Assembly: GCA_965222075.1 (NCBI GenBank)
Contig: OZ244937.1
Span: forward strand, 3,744,001 to 3,808,000
Length of the DNA stretch: 64,000 nucleotides
From: Candidatus Latescibacterota bacterium
GTDB lineage: Bacteria; Latescibacterota; UBA2968; GCA-2709665
Direction of reading: 5' to 3'
Shown here: positions 47,859 through 56,959 of the stretch, piece after piece
Layout of the letters: every line of letters begins with the position of its first letter
Position numbering within the stretch: position 1 is the stretch's first letter
The notes under the pieces: model-generated
Database searches by the model: none
Seen by the model: the letters and a program-made list of their open reading frames with translations, nothing else
What the model was told of the DNA's origin: nothing
Position numbers and translations under genes: made by a program

Positions 47859-49409
47859 ATGCATCGATATACTGGTGCCGTTTTCGCCCTCGTTTTGCTC
47901 ACCGCGCTCCTTTGTGGAACCCTTTCGCCCCCCACGCTCGCGCAGGTGGCTTCCGTGCCTCAACCCGAAGGTTTCACAGGCTGGATACAGGACAAACTCG
48001 ACAAGATCGACAGCCTCTTCAGCGCCACGGTCGCCTTCCTCGCAAACATCCTCTTTGCGGATTTCGCCACCGGGGTTCCTCTGATTGTCGTCGTTCTCCT
48101 CGTGGGCGGCATCTACTACTCCTTCTTCTTCGGATGGCTATCCCTGCGGGGGGTCCGGCACGCCATCGACGTCATCCGGGGCCGCTACGACAACCCCGAC
48201 GACCCCGGAGAAATCTCCCACTTCCAGGCCCTCACCAGCGCCCTCTCGGCTACCATCGGCCTGGGAAATATTGCCGGTGTGGCCATCGCCGTGGGCGTGG
48301 GCGGGCCTGGCGCCATCTTCTGGATGATGGCCACCGCTCTGTTCGGCATGTCCTCCAAGCTCGCCTCCTGCACGCTGGCTGTCATGTACCGGAGGGTGCA
48401 TCCCGACGGACACATCTCCGGCGGGCCTATGTACTACTTAGAGCACGGCCTCGGCAGCAAAGGGCTGAGGCGGTTCGGCCGCACCCTGGCCATCATCTTC
48501 GCCTTCCTCACCATTGGAGGCAGTCTGGGCGGGGGGAATATGTTCCAGGCCAACCAGACCCTGGAGATCCTCGGAACGGTCTCTCCGGTATTCAAAACCT
48601 ATAACTGGGCGATGGGCATCCTTCTGGCCTTGCTGGTCTCCGCGGTCATCATCGGCGGCATCCGCCGCATCGGCAGCGTCACCTCGCGCATCGTCCCTTT
48701 TATGTGCCTGCTCTACGTGTTCACCGCCATTCTGATCATTCTCACCCATATCGGCGAGATCCCGGCCCTGATCGCTACCATCTTCGGCCAGGCCTTCGCG
48801 CCCAAAGCCCTGTACGGCGGCTTCATCGGCGTGTTGGTCACCGGCATCAGGCGAGCCGCATTTTCCAACGAAGCCGGACTGGGGTCCGCCGCCTTCGCCC
48901 ACTCGGCCGCCAAAACCGACGAACCCGCCCGGGAAGGGATGGTCGCGATGATCGGCCCCTTCATCGACACCATCATCATCTGTCTGATGACCGGCCTGGT
49001 CTGCATGACTACCGGGGTCTACGCCGACCCCCAATTCAGCGGCAAAGGCGTTGCCATGACCGCTGCGGCCTTTGAATCCTTCGTCCCCGGCGCCAGTTAC
49101 GTCCTCTCCTTTGTCGTTGTGCTTTTCGCCTACTCCACCATGATCTCCTGGTCCTACTACGGGGAACGCGCCTGGGAGTACCTCTTTGGAGAGGCCTCCA
49201 CCCTGATCTTTCGGATCATCTTCGTCTGCTGCGTCTTCCTCGGGTCGGTTTCCACCCTCAGCAATATCATCGACTTCTCCGACATGATGATCCTGGGCAT
49301 GGCCTTCCCCAATATCATCGGCGGCATCATCTTAAGCCCCCATATCAAAGCCATGCTCAACGAATACTGGGACCGCCTGAAATCAGGGCAGATGAAAACC
49401 TATAAGTGA
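47859..49409 (+). CDS. Sodium:alanine/glycine symporter (AGCS family)
   Basis: ISHFQAL..ALSATIGLGNIAGVA.A...GGPGAIFWM, GGPMYY, FSNEAGLGSA, PFIDT..IC. Confidence 0.95.
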   Translation: MHRYTGAVFALVLLTALLCGTLSPPTLAQVASVPQPEGFTGWIQDKLDKIDSLFSATVAFLANILFADFATGVPLIVVVLLVGGIYYSFFFGWLSLRGVRHAIDVIRGRYDNPDDPGEISHFQALTSALSATIGLGNIAGVAIAVGVGGPGAIFWMMATALFGMSSKLASCTLAVMYRRVHPDGHISGGPMYYLEHGLGSKGLRRFGRTLAIIFAFLTIGGSLGGGNMFQANQTLEILGTVSPVFKTYNWAMGILLALLVSAVIIGGIRRIGSVTSRIVPFMCLLYVFTAILIILTHIGEIPALIATIFGQAFAPKALYGGFIGVLVTGIRRAAFSNEAGLGSAAFAHSAAKTDEPAREGMVAMIGPFIDTIIICLMTGLVCMTTGVYADPQFSGKGVAMTAAAFESFVPGASYVLSFVVVLFAYSTMISWSYYGERAWEYLFGEASTLIFRIIFVCCVFLGSVSTLSNIIDFSDMMILGMAFPNIIGGIILSPHIKAMLNEYWDRLKSGQMKTYK

Positions 49410-49726
49410 AAAAACTTTGGACAATCCCGGTTGAGAAACAGCGATAAGATCCGTAAAAATCACTGCCCGCCGGCTGGAAGCAACCGAAGAATCTGCGCGC
49501 ACCGGGCGATCCGGATTGGGCGGGGGGCTATGGGCGAAGATCTACTATCGGATTGCCCGGAGCAATCCGGCGCCGGAGCTTGCGCTCGATATTGGCTACA
49601 AGACGGATGGATTCACGGAAGGCGAGGCATTGGGTAGGGGATTCACGCTCAGGCTCGGCTTGAGCCTTGTAGAGTATTGAGTGCGCCAATATTGTGACAG
49701 CCGCACCTGGAGCCCCGCCGAAGGAC

Positions 49727-49810
49727 CTGCAAACGATCTTCAGGGACCTTGCCCGGCCGGTGCGTGGGTTCAGCGCATTGATTGAGAGCGAAAAAAGGTG
49801 CCTTATTTTA
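49727..49810. repeat. Diverged 84-bp direct repeat, copy 1
   Basis: CTGCAAACG.TC.TCAGGGA...GTGCGTG.GTTCAGCGC.TTGATTGAGAGCGAAAAAAGGTGCCT.ATTTTA; second copy at 52194-52277. Confidence 0.8.
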
Positions 49811-49825
49811 CAGGGGGGAGACTAT

Positions 49826-50431
49826 ATGAGCATCCAGGAAAAACGTCTTATCGAGCTCCTCCAGGCCAAGTACCGGGAGGACCCGAAGGGCTTCCGCAAC
49901 TACCTGCCCGGAGCAGCAGAGCTCCTACCGGAACCGTCTCCGGGAGGAGGCAGGCCGCGGTCTCCGTTCGGGCTTACCGATCAAGAGATTGCCTTTCATC
50001 GGGATGGATTGTCGGAAGCATTGGGCAAGCTGGTCGAGGGTGCGGTCACTGCAAAGGAAGCTGCCAGGGGCCTGCAACATTGCGCTACCCTGATCAAGGA
50101 CGACAACCTGCCGGAAGAAGCAGGTTACGATAAGCTGAAGCGTCTCATAAGTGCAGGTATCGGCAAGTCCCCTGGATCGTACAAGTCGAAGACGACCGTG
50201 CCGCTCGGTCAGAGCGGCGGCAACATCCACGAGCAAGTCTCGGCAATCAGGGGCGTGTACCTCAATTTCGACAAAGATACGCGCCTCGTGTCCATTAGTA
50301 TCGATCCGCGAAAAGTCAGGGAGAGGCGCAGGCTCATGGAGTTCGTCGGAGCAAGTAAAGATCCCGAGCCGGATGTCTCCGCCAGGCACGACGACTACCT
50401 GGCAATGGAGGATCCTCATGGCACTGCCTGA
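49826..50431 (+). CDS. Hypothetical protein, probable antitoxin partner of the downstream PIN gene
   Basis: GGGGAG RBS; C-terminal G.......DVSARHDDYL is typical of genes preceding vapC; overlaps the PIN start. Confidence 0.6.
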   Translation: MSIQEKRLIELLQAKYREDPKGFRNYLPGAAELLPEPSPGGGRPRSPFGLTDQEIAFHRDGLSEALGKLVEGAVTAKEAARGLQHCATLIKDDNLPEEAGYDKLKRLISAGIGKSPGSYKSKTTVPLGQSGGNIHEQVSAIRGVYLNFDKDTRLVSISIDPRKVRERRRLMEFVGASKDPEPDVSARHDDYLAMEDPHGTA

Positions 50432-50543
50432 TCGCGTGTTGTTTGACACGTCGGCATTCTACGCGCTCCGCTCCGCAACCGACCGGTTTCACAACAGGGC
50501 CAGCGGCGCCTACGAGCGACTGATCGACAGAGAACAGGAGTTG
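50418..50543 (+). pseudogene. VapC/PIN toxin N-terminal fragment
   Basis: VLFDTSAFYAL....D.FH..A, truncated after about 42 aa. Confidence 0.7.
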
Positions 50544-50750
50544 GAGTCTCGGCTCCATTCGGTGCCGGAGCTGTGTCCGGCAACCGGCTACACGATTCGC
50601 ACCTATCGGCCGGGAGATGAGTCTCGCTTCTTCCAGTTGATGGATCTGGCTGGCTGGAAGGGGTGGGACGACGAACGGCTGGTTCATGGCGCTGCATGAG
50701 GCGAGCGGTACGATCGTTGCTTCGGCAATGGCGCTGCACAACTACAAGGG
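50544..50750 (+). pseudogene. GNAT acetyltransferase fragment fused to the PIN remnant
   Basis: GYTIRTYRPGDE..F.QLM..AG, then after a frame change WFMALHEASG.IVASAMA. Confidence 0.55.
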
Positions 50751-50778
50751 CCTAAGCACGTGGTGCGTCCGCACTTAT

Positions 50779-51381
50779 CTACAGCTGACTGCGGACATAC
50801 CCCAGGCCATCAGCGAACTTTGTCAGCAGTCGGCATTTGTACGCAGTGAGTTCGTTCTCAATATCCGGATTCGCAAAATCCTTGGAGTTCTTGGTAATGA
50901 AACAGCGAAGCTCCTCGGATGCTATAGTCAGATGATCGAGAATCGATGCATAAACTATCGAGTCTTGCGGCGACAGATCGAGACTGTTTTGGAATGTTAT
51001 CGCGTCTTTGATAATACTCAAACCTATGGGTATCACGTGGACGGTCTGTAAGATTTTTTCCAGAGTCTCATCGAGTCGGTGCTTCTCCTCTTCACCACTG
51101 CGGATCAATAAGTTGGTGAGTTCTTGAAAATCATCAGATGACCCTTGGTAAGGACTTGAACGAGAAAGTTCACGAATAGCCGTAATAAGCTGCTCGTGAA
51201 GGCCTCGTCTTTGCTTTGAGCGACGCACCCACGTTTCATACGGTTCTCCAATACTGAAGGCGGGTACCACCAAGCGAATATCTCCTGATTCTGATAGACT
51301 CAAGAGCGCAGAGCAACATTCATGTTCGGCTTGAAGAAAGGCGAGTTCAAGGACGAAATTTGACTCTATATACACAATCAT
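50779..51381 (-). CDS. PIN-domain protein
   Basis: IVYIESNF, LS.QDSIVYAS, FITKNSKDF; ATGA-coupled to the upstream gene. Confidence 0.8.
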   Translation of the reverse strand: MIVYIESNFVLELAFLQAEHECCSALLSLSESGDIRLVVPAFSIGEPYETWVRRSKQRRGLHEQLITAIRELSRSSPYQGSSDDFQELTNLLIRSGEEEKHRLDETLEKILQTVHVIPIGLSIIKDAITFQNSLDLSPQDSIVYASILDHLTIASEELRCFITKNSKDFANPDIENELTAYKCRLLTKFADGLGYVRSQL

Positions 51382-51863
51382 GTGGTAGCTTCAAGTTCAA
51401 CAGAACCGTTTGTAATTGCTTCGTATAACCCTGAGTCAAAGAGCCATTGGAGATTTGGCTCAACCGACTCTCGTTGCAGGTCTGTACGAATCAAATCTTT
51501 AAGCCAAGAAATCGTAAGCAATTCGAGCCCATATCCGCTTAGATCGTTAAGGGAGTGGGTTGATTTAAGGTATGGTGCAAATACTTCAGTAGCCTCTATT
51601 TTATAGTCAGGTTTTGCTAGATTAGTCACGGGGGAGGCCTCTGTCCACAGATAGAGAAAGTCAGGGAGCACAAGTAAGAAGTACGGGGCATGAGGCATGA
51701 ACGAATGAGCCAGTAAATTGCGGCGCATCCGGGTGACCCACTCAGCAGATGCACCAAGCTTGTTCTTGATTTCCACGACGAGTTGGAGTTTTTCGTCTGT
51801 ACTAGACACTGCAATATCGACATATCTCATTGTATGAACCTCCACGCCAATGACTGGCTTCAA
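51378..51863 (-). CDS. Hypothetical protein with a PD-(D/E)XK-like motif
   Basis: VDIAV......LVVEIK; start may be the Met at 51830. Confidence 0.65.
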   Translation of the reverse strand: MKPVIGVEVHTMRYVDIAVSSTDEKLQLVVEIKNKLGASAEWVTRMRRNLLAHSFMPHAPYFLLVLPDFLYLWTEASPVTNLAKPDYKIEATEVFAPYLKSTHSLNDLSGYGLELLTISWLKDLIRTDLQRESVEPNLQWLFDSGLYEAITNGSVELEATT

Positions 51864-52193
51864 CCCCCCGAAAAGCTCACTAATGGTCTTCTAAATTAGC
51901 GATCCCGTAGCGATTTTCTTACGTTTGTAATGTAAAAATACCTCCCATGTTGAGCCATGTCAAGCAAATCAAGCCAGCAGAACCACATCCCGCGCACTTA
52001 GCGACCCTCGTCTGGTTTACGGGCAAGAGGCACGCATACTGCCGCGCTTGATTTCCCACGCCGATGACATAACTTGACAACCTCGGTAGGGCTGTCGGCG
52101 GTGGATCCGCCTTGGGCACCGCCCTGTCCCGGGTTGATCCTGACAAGCGCCGGATGCGTGCTTGCCGCCGCCCGACCGTATTGGGAGCCCGGT

Positions 52194-52277
52194 CTGCAAA
52201 CGCTCATCAGGGAGCTTACCTGACCCGTGCGTGCGTTCAGCGCCTTGATTGAGAGCGAAAAAAGGTGCCTGATTTTA
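52194..52277. repeat. Diverged 84-bp direct repeat, copy 2
   Basis: Aligns without gaps to 49727-49810. Confidence 0.8.
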
Positions 52278-52319
52278 GCTATACTCGCACTCCTAAACGA
52301 AACAATGAGGAGGTAGGCT

Positions 52320-53602
52320 ATGAAAGGTAAGTGCGCTAATTGCGGAAATCAGGAGTGGAGAGTTGAATCTTCCAGGACGGTTCGCTTCGGGGTGCCACAG
52401 TTGGCCTCTCTTTCGCAAATCGCGGTAGATTATGCTTGTCGGGTTTGCGGGAAAGTGGAACGATCGCTAAGCGACATGGAAATCTTTCGACCGGATATTT
52501 CTCAACGTGGCGAGACCAGCCATGCTGAAGTTGAGCACAAGTGGGCCCTTATCCACAAGATGTCGTCGTCGGGATTGCTTCTTCCGACGATTCAATACCC
52601 TGCTGTGTCTCGTGTTGGTGAAAATGTGTTGCTCCCTACTTCCGAAGGCAACGTCCAAGATGGCACGGTGATAGACCAGTATGGCAAGCCCAACTTAATG
52701 GTGGAATTCGCCGAAGAGTATCTCAAACAGTATTGGTCTGTTATGCCCGCCGGTCGGCTGCCCGATACCCTAAGTGAAGTCATGCCGGCGTTGCTTCTCT
52801 TGTTTACGGCAACAGAACTGGCTATCAAGGCGTACTGGATTCGCGCTAAAAAGCAAGTAAAAACTCCTTACAGGACCTCTATGAGAAACTCGACCCTGAG
52901 CATAGAGAAGAGGTAGAGCGACGCTTTGCTAAGTCGGGCAGAAACTCGGCGTTGTTGGCGCTGGGCATTGACGCTCCCAAGGTGGTGGATATCCTGGGAG
53001 TCTACTCCAAAACCTACGGTGGAGGCAGCAATGTCCACATGGATTCCAGGTACTATGCCGAGCCTACGACGATGTTCCGACCAACCAGCGACCTCCACGG
53101 TGCTAATCTGGTCAAGGGAGGGACTCTCTACCCCATTTTCCTCCCGGACGTGGTGCGAGCATTGATTGATACGTACAGGTTCTATTCTGGACCTGATCGA
53201 CTCAGACGATTAGGAGCAGACCTCCAAGGTGACTTTCGTGATTCTGGCAATGGAAATCACGGAGAGTGGGGGTTGATCCCGTCCTCTCTGGGCCTTGTTG
53301 TTGTTGTCGTATCTCAACAGGCTGGTAAAGACGCCAAATATGAAGACTTGAGAACTTTCAAAGATTTCAAGAGGTCATATCCTACGGGCTTTTCTCTTGA
53401 TTGGATGTACGGAGGAAATACGCTTCTCTTTTATCGCGACTCGGGGAAGAGTCTTCTTGATGGTAGAAGGGTGATAGACGGTTTGGAGTGCAGGGTGTGG
53501 AGCAGGGAGAGACGAGGTCTACACTCACGAGACCTCTACTTGCTAGCTGATGCGCTGGAGTGTGCAGGTAAAGGTGAAGATAGATTCGGGCATCTCGCTT
53601 AG
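52320..53602 (+). pseudogene. Zn-ribbon plus HEPN-like protein, frameshifted near 52865
   Basis: AGGAGG RBS; CANC...CRVC; ATELAIKA followed after the frame change by SLQDLYEKL...SRY. Confidence 0.6.
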
Positions 53603-53634
53603 GAGTAGAGGACAGGTAAGACCCGGCCACCGGG

Positions 53635-53935
53635 GTGCGTACGGCGCCCTTGTGCTTCGCTTCGCGCGGCTTTTCGCTGCATGCGGCTACGCGGGTCGCG
53701 GGCCCTGACCGGCGGGGGCTCGAACGATTATGCCGCTACGTGGCCAGACCGGCCCTGGCCTCGGGCGCCTGCGCATCCTCGATTCGGAGCGGCTTTCCTT
53801 CGCGCCCAAAACGCCCTGGTCGGATGTGAGGAGCCATCTCCCGCTCTCGCTCCCTGGAACGACTGGAGAAGCTGGCGGCTCTGGTCCCCCCACCCCGGTT
53901 CCATCTCCTGTGCTACCACGGAGTCCTGGCACCGT
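53635..53935 (+). mobile_element. IS91-family (HUH Y2) transposase remnant
   Basis: GFSLHAAT, LERLCRY.ARP.LA..RL, K..WSD, LEKLAALVPPPR.HL..YHGVLAP across several frameshifts. Confidence 0.8.
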
Positions 53936-53978
53936 CCGGGACGCCGGATGCCGGGCACCGCGCCTGGAGGGATTCGCT

Positions 53979-54716
53979 ATGAGTGACGTTCCGCACATCG
54001 CCATGACCCCGCTCGATTACGGGCGCTCGTTCCTGATCGGGAAGGGACGCGCCAATGAGGCGCGCTTCTGGATCGAGTCGCGCACCCGCATCATCGACGA
54101 CAGGGAGGGGATCTGTGAGGATTTCTACCAGACCGCCTCCTGCAAGAGCGAGCACACCTTCCACGAGAAGGATCTGTTTCACCAGGACAACTACGATTTC
54201 CTGCCGATCTTCAGCGCCGGGTACGGCCTCATCTTCCGGCGACATGCCTACCTCAGTGACCGCTACCGGGAAACGCGGCCGTACGCGGAGATGTTCGGCG
54301 GCTACGACCTGCACCTCGTCGAAGGCTCCGTGGTCCGCGAGCTACCCTCGAACGCCGCGATTCGCGAGCAGACCTACCGCTTCGCGCCGCTGGTCTCGCA
54401 GACCGAGATCCGCAACGACGACACCGGGCTGCGGGCGCTGATCGAATGCCCGGTGAAGACGATGAACACCCGCCGCGAGGACGACCTCTACCAGGTCGAC
54501 ACCGGTCCGCTCGCCTTCCCCGACCTGTCGGAGCGGCCCGGGCGGCTCGTTGACTGCCTGGCGCTGGCCTTCGTCGCCTTCAACGCCCCCCACTTCGCCG
54601 ATTTCGTGATCGAAGCGCCGACCATCGTCGATCCCGGGCACCCCGATCTGCGGATCCACCACTTCTCCAGGATCGTGAGCCTGCCGGCGCGCAACCGACT
54701 GTTCGCGGTCGAGTAG
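53979..54716 (+). CDS. Conserved-looking hypothetical protein
   Basis: GGAGG RBS, strong GC3 codon bias, 245 aa; motifs RFWIESR, ASCKSEHTF, ECPVKTMN, YQVDTGP. No family recognised. Confidence 0.75.
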   Translation: MSDVPHIAMTPLDYGRSFLIGKGRANEARFWIESRTRIIDDREGICEDFYQTASCKSEHTFHEKDLFHQDNYDFLPIFSAGYGLIFRRHAYLSDRYRETRPYAEMFGGYDLHLVEGSVVRELPSNAAIREQTYRFAPLVSQTEIRNDDTGLRALIECPVKTMNTRREDDLYQVDTGPLAFPDLSERPGRLVDCLALAFVAFNAPHFADFVIEAPTIVDPGHPDLRIHHFSRIVSLPARNRLFAVE

Positions 54717-54878
54717 CGCGGCTCACCGGTCCGGCCAGTTGTAGGCGGACCTGGCGTTCTTCCAGAAGAACTTCTCCGCAATCCAATCCACCTGAAATTC
54801 GCCTCAAATTGGTCTTGACTTTGGGGTCCACTTCAGATTGCCGCCGTTTTGTAACTGACTATCGATCAGGAGGTAGAT

Positions 54879-55724
54879 ATGTCCAGAAGGTGGTTGCGCG
54901 TTGCCGCATGCCAGATGCATGCCGATGAGAACATCGAAAAAAACACATGCGAGATTGTCGAGCGTCTGAACACCTGTGCGCGTGAAAAAGTGGATGTGGC
55001 CGCATTTCACGAAGGGATTTTATACGGCTATTGCAACCGCCCCGAATTTTGGTCGACTCTGGATCAAACGCGCATCGAAAGGGCCGAACAACGAATGATT
55101 CGCGTGTGCCGTGAAAAAGGCATTGCCGCAGTCTTCGGCTCAACACATCTCGACGGCGGGCAACGCTACAACAGTTTGCTCGTGGTAGATCGAGATGGCA
55201 CCGTGCAGGGACGCTATGGCAAAATTCATCTGGCGGGTGAGCGCTGGTGTGAGCCCGCGCAACACCTGCCCATCTACCGACTGTGTGACGTGCCCTGTTG
55301 TTTTTTAATCTGCCACGATATTCGCTATCCCGAACTGGTGAGATTACCCGCTGCGGCCGGTGCGAAAATTTGCTTTTTCTCCAGCTGTGAAAGTTCTGTC
55401 ACTTCAGAGCACAAATTGTCGGCCTATCGCGCCATGCCCATCAGCCGCGCAACCGAGAATGATATTTACGTGGTAATGGCCAATGCGCCCGCCGATCCTT
55501 CACATATCAATCGCGCGGGGTCTTCCCACGGGGAATCAAAAATCATCCATCCGAATGGCAACGTGATGGCAGAGGCCGGCATATTCACGGAGGAGATCGT
55601 AATTCGCAATTTAGATCTCCATCAGGCATCGCGAAATATTGCTTTGCGGGCAGTGAATGATATAACGCGCTTGCGGGAATGGATGAAAGACGGCGTGAAG
55701 TTGGTGGATCGCAGAGAGGCGTGA
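54879..55724 (+). CDS. Carbon-nitrogen hydrolase (nitrilase superfamily)
   Basis: Glu-Lys-Cys triad: FHE, YGKIHL, ICHDIRYPE; G.S.II.P.G. Confidence 0.92.
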   Translation: MSRRWLRVAACQMHADENIEKNTCEIVERLNTCAREKVDVAAFHEGILYGYCNRPEFWSTLDQTRIERAEQRMIRVCREKGIAAVFGSTHLDGGQRYNSLLVVDRDGTVQGRYGKIHLAGERWCEPAQHLPIYRLCDVPCCFLICHDIRYPELVRLPAAAGAKICFFSSCESSVTSEHKLSAYRAMPISRATENDIYVVMANAPADPSHINRAGSSHGESKIIHPNGNVMAEAGIFTEEIVIRNLDLHQASRNIALRAVNDITRLREWMKDGVKLVDRREA

Positions 55725-55823
55725 AATTTTGCGTCTATTCATTCAAAGGAGTATTGATGAAAGGATCGAGACCAAACATCCGTGCTGCCAGAAGCCCGAG
55801 ACCAAGGGCCTGGTATAAGTGAA

Positions 55824-55858
55824 CTAACGGGCGCTGCGAATGCTCCAGCGCCCGTTAG
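55824..55858. terminator. 13-bp hairpin between convergent genes
   Basis: CTAACGGGCGCTG-N9-CAGCGCCCGTTAG. Confidence 0.55.
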
Positions 55859-55920
55859 CGGCGGAATAAAGGCTTTTCAATCCAAAATCCGGGGAGACGA
55901 TCCGGCACCAGCCCCCCGGC

Positions 55921-56895
55921 CTACACCTTTCCCACCTCCACCACCTCCCCCGTCTCCAGCGACCAGTTCACCGCCATCACCACCTGCTGTGTCTTCACCG
56001 CATCCGCATACGTCGACCTTAAACTCGAGCCGTCCCCCTCCCGCACCGCCTCGATGAAGGCGTTGTCCATCTCCTGCCAGTAGTCGTTCCCTACCTCGAT
56101 ATACTCCGACCGCCCGGGCTGCACGACCGTGATCGACTTCCGCTCCCTGTACTCGACCACCAGATCCTTCGTATAAATATCCAGCCCGCCCCGATTTCCG
56201 CACGACAGAAAACAGGCCGAAAAAATCGTCGCCAGCACCCCGTTCTCAAACATCAGCGTGGCCGCGCTCGCGTCTTCGATATTATACCCCTCCACATCCG
56301 CCATCAGCCCGGTTCGCCCCCCCGCATAGACCGATTTCACGTCCCCGAACAGGTACCGGACCGTATCGGTCACGTGGACCGTCTGCTCCACCACCTGCCC
56401 GCCCGACATCTCCTTCCGCCGCCACCAGTCCACCTTCGGCAGGTCCCCCATCCAGTAGCCCATCACCAGCCCCACCGGCCGCCCCTCCAGCAGCTTCCGG
56501 GTCCGGGCGATAATATCCAGGTAGCGGTTCTGAAACCCCACGCACGAAATCACCCCGTGCTCTCGAATCGCCGCCTCCACCTCCCGCGCCACCTCCATCG
56601 TCACTGCAACCGGCTTCTCCACAAACACCGCAATCCCCCGCTCGGCCGCCAGAACCTCCTGTTCACCGTGCGCAAACGGCGGCACGCAAACATAAACCGC
56701 GTCCATCTCCACCGACCCCAACATCTCCCGGTAATCCGTAAACACCTCTGCCTCCCACTCGGCGGCCGCCCCGGTAGCCCGCTCCTCCACCACATCGCAC
56801 ATCGCCACCACCTCAACCCCGTCCATATTCTTGAGGTGCTTCCGGTGCGCCCTCGAGATCCCCCCCGTCCCGATAAACCCGACCTTCACAGACAT
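55921..56895 (-). CDS. Gfo/Idh/MocA family oxidoreductase
   Basis: VGFIGTGGI, DAVYVC.PP..H, VEKP, GG...EQ..H..D. Confidence 0.93.
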   Translation of the reverse strand: MSVKVGFIGTGGISRAHRKHLKNMDGVEVVAMCDVVEERATGAAAEWEAEVFTDYREMLGSVEMDAVYVCVPPFAHGEQEVLAAERGIAVFVEKPVAVTMEVAREVEAAIREHGVISCVGFQNRYLDIIARTRKLLEGRPVGLVMGYWMGDLPKVDWWRRKEMSGGQVVEQTVHVTDTVRYLFGDVKSVYAGGRTGLMADVEGYNIEDASAATLMFENGVLATIFSACFLSCGNRGGLDIYTKDLVVEYRERKSITVVQPGRSEYIEVGNDYWQEMDNAFIEAVREGDGSSLRSTYADAVKTQQVVMAVNWSLETGEVVEVGKV

Positions 56896-56959
56896 AAGTG
56901 TGAACCTTTCTGCATCAAACAGACGTTCCGTCCTTTGCAACCCACCCGATCTTCAACCT

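Noticed and set aside
55822-55860. attC site
   Set aside because: It has TAAC...GTTA ends but is only about 37 bp, shorter than known attC sites, and lacks extrahelical bases. Treated as a hairpin or terminator.
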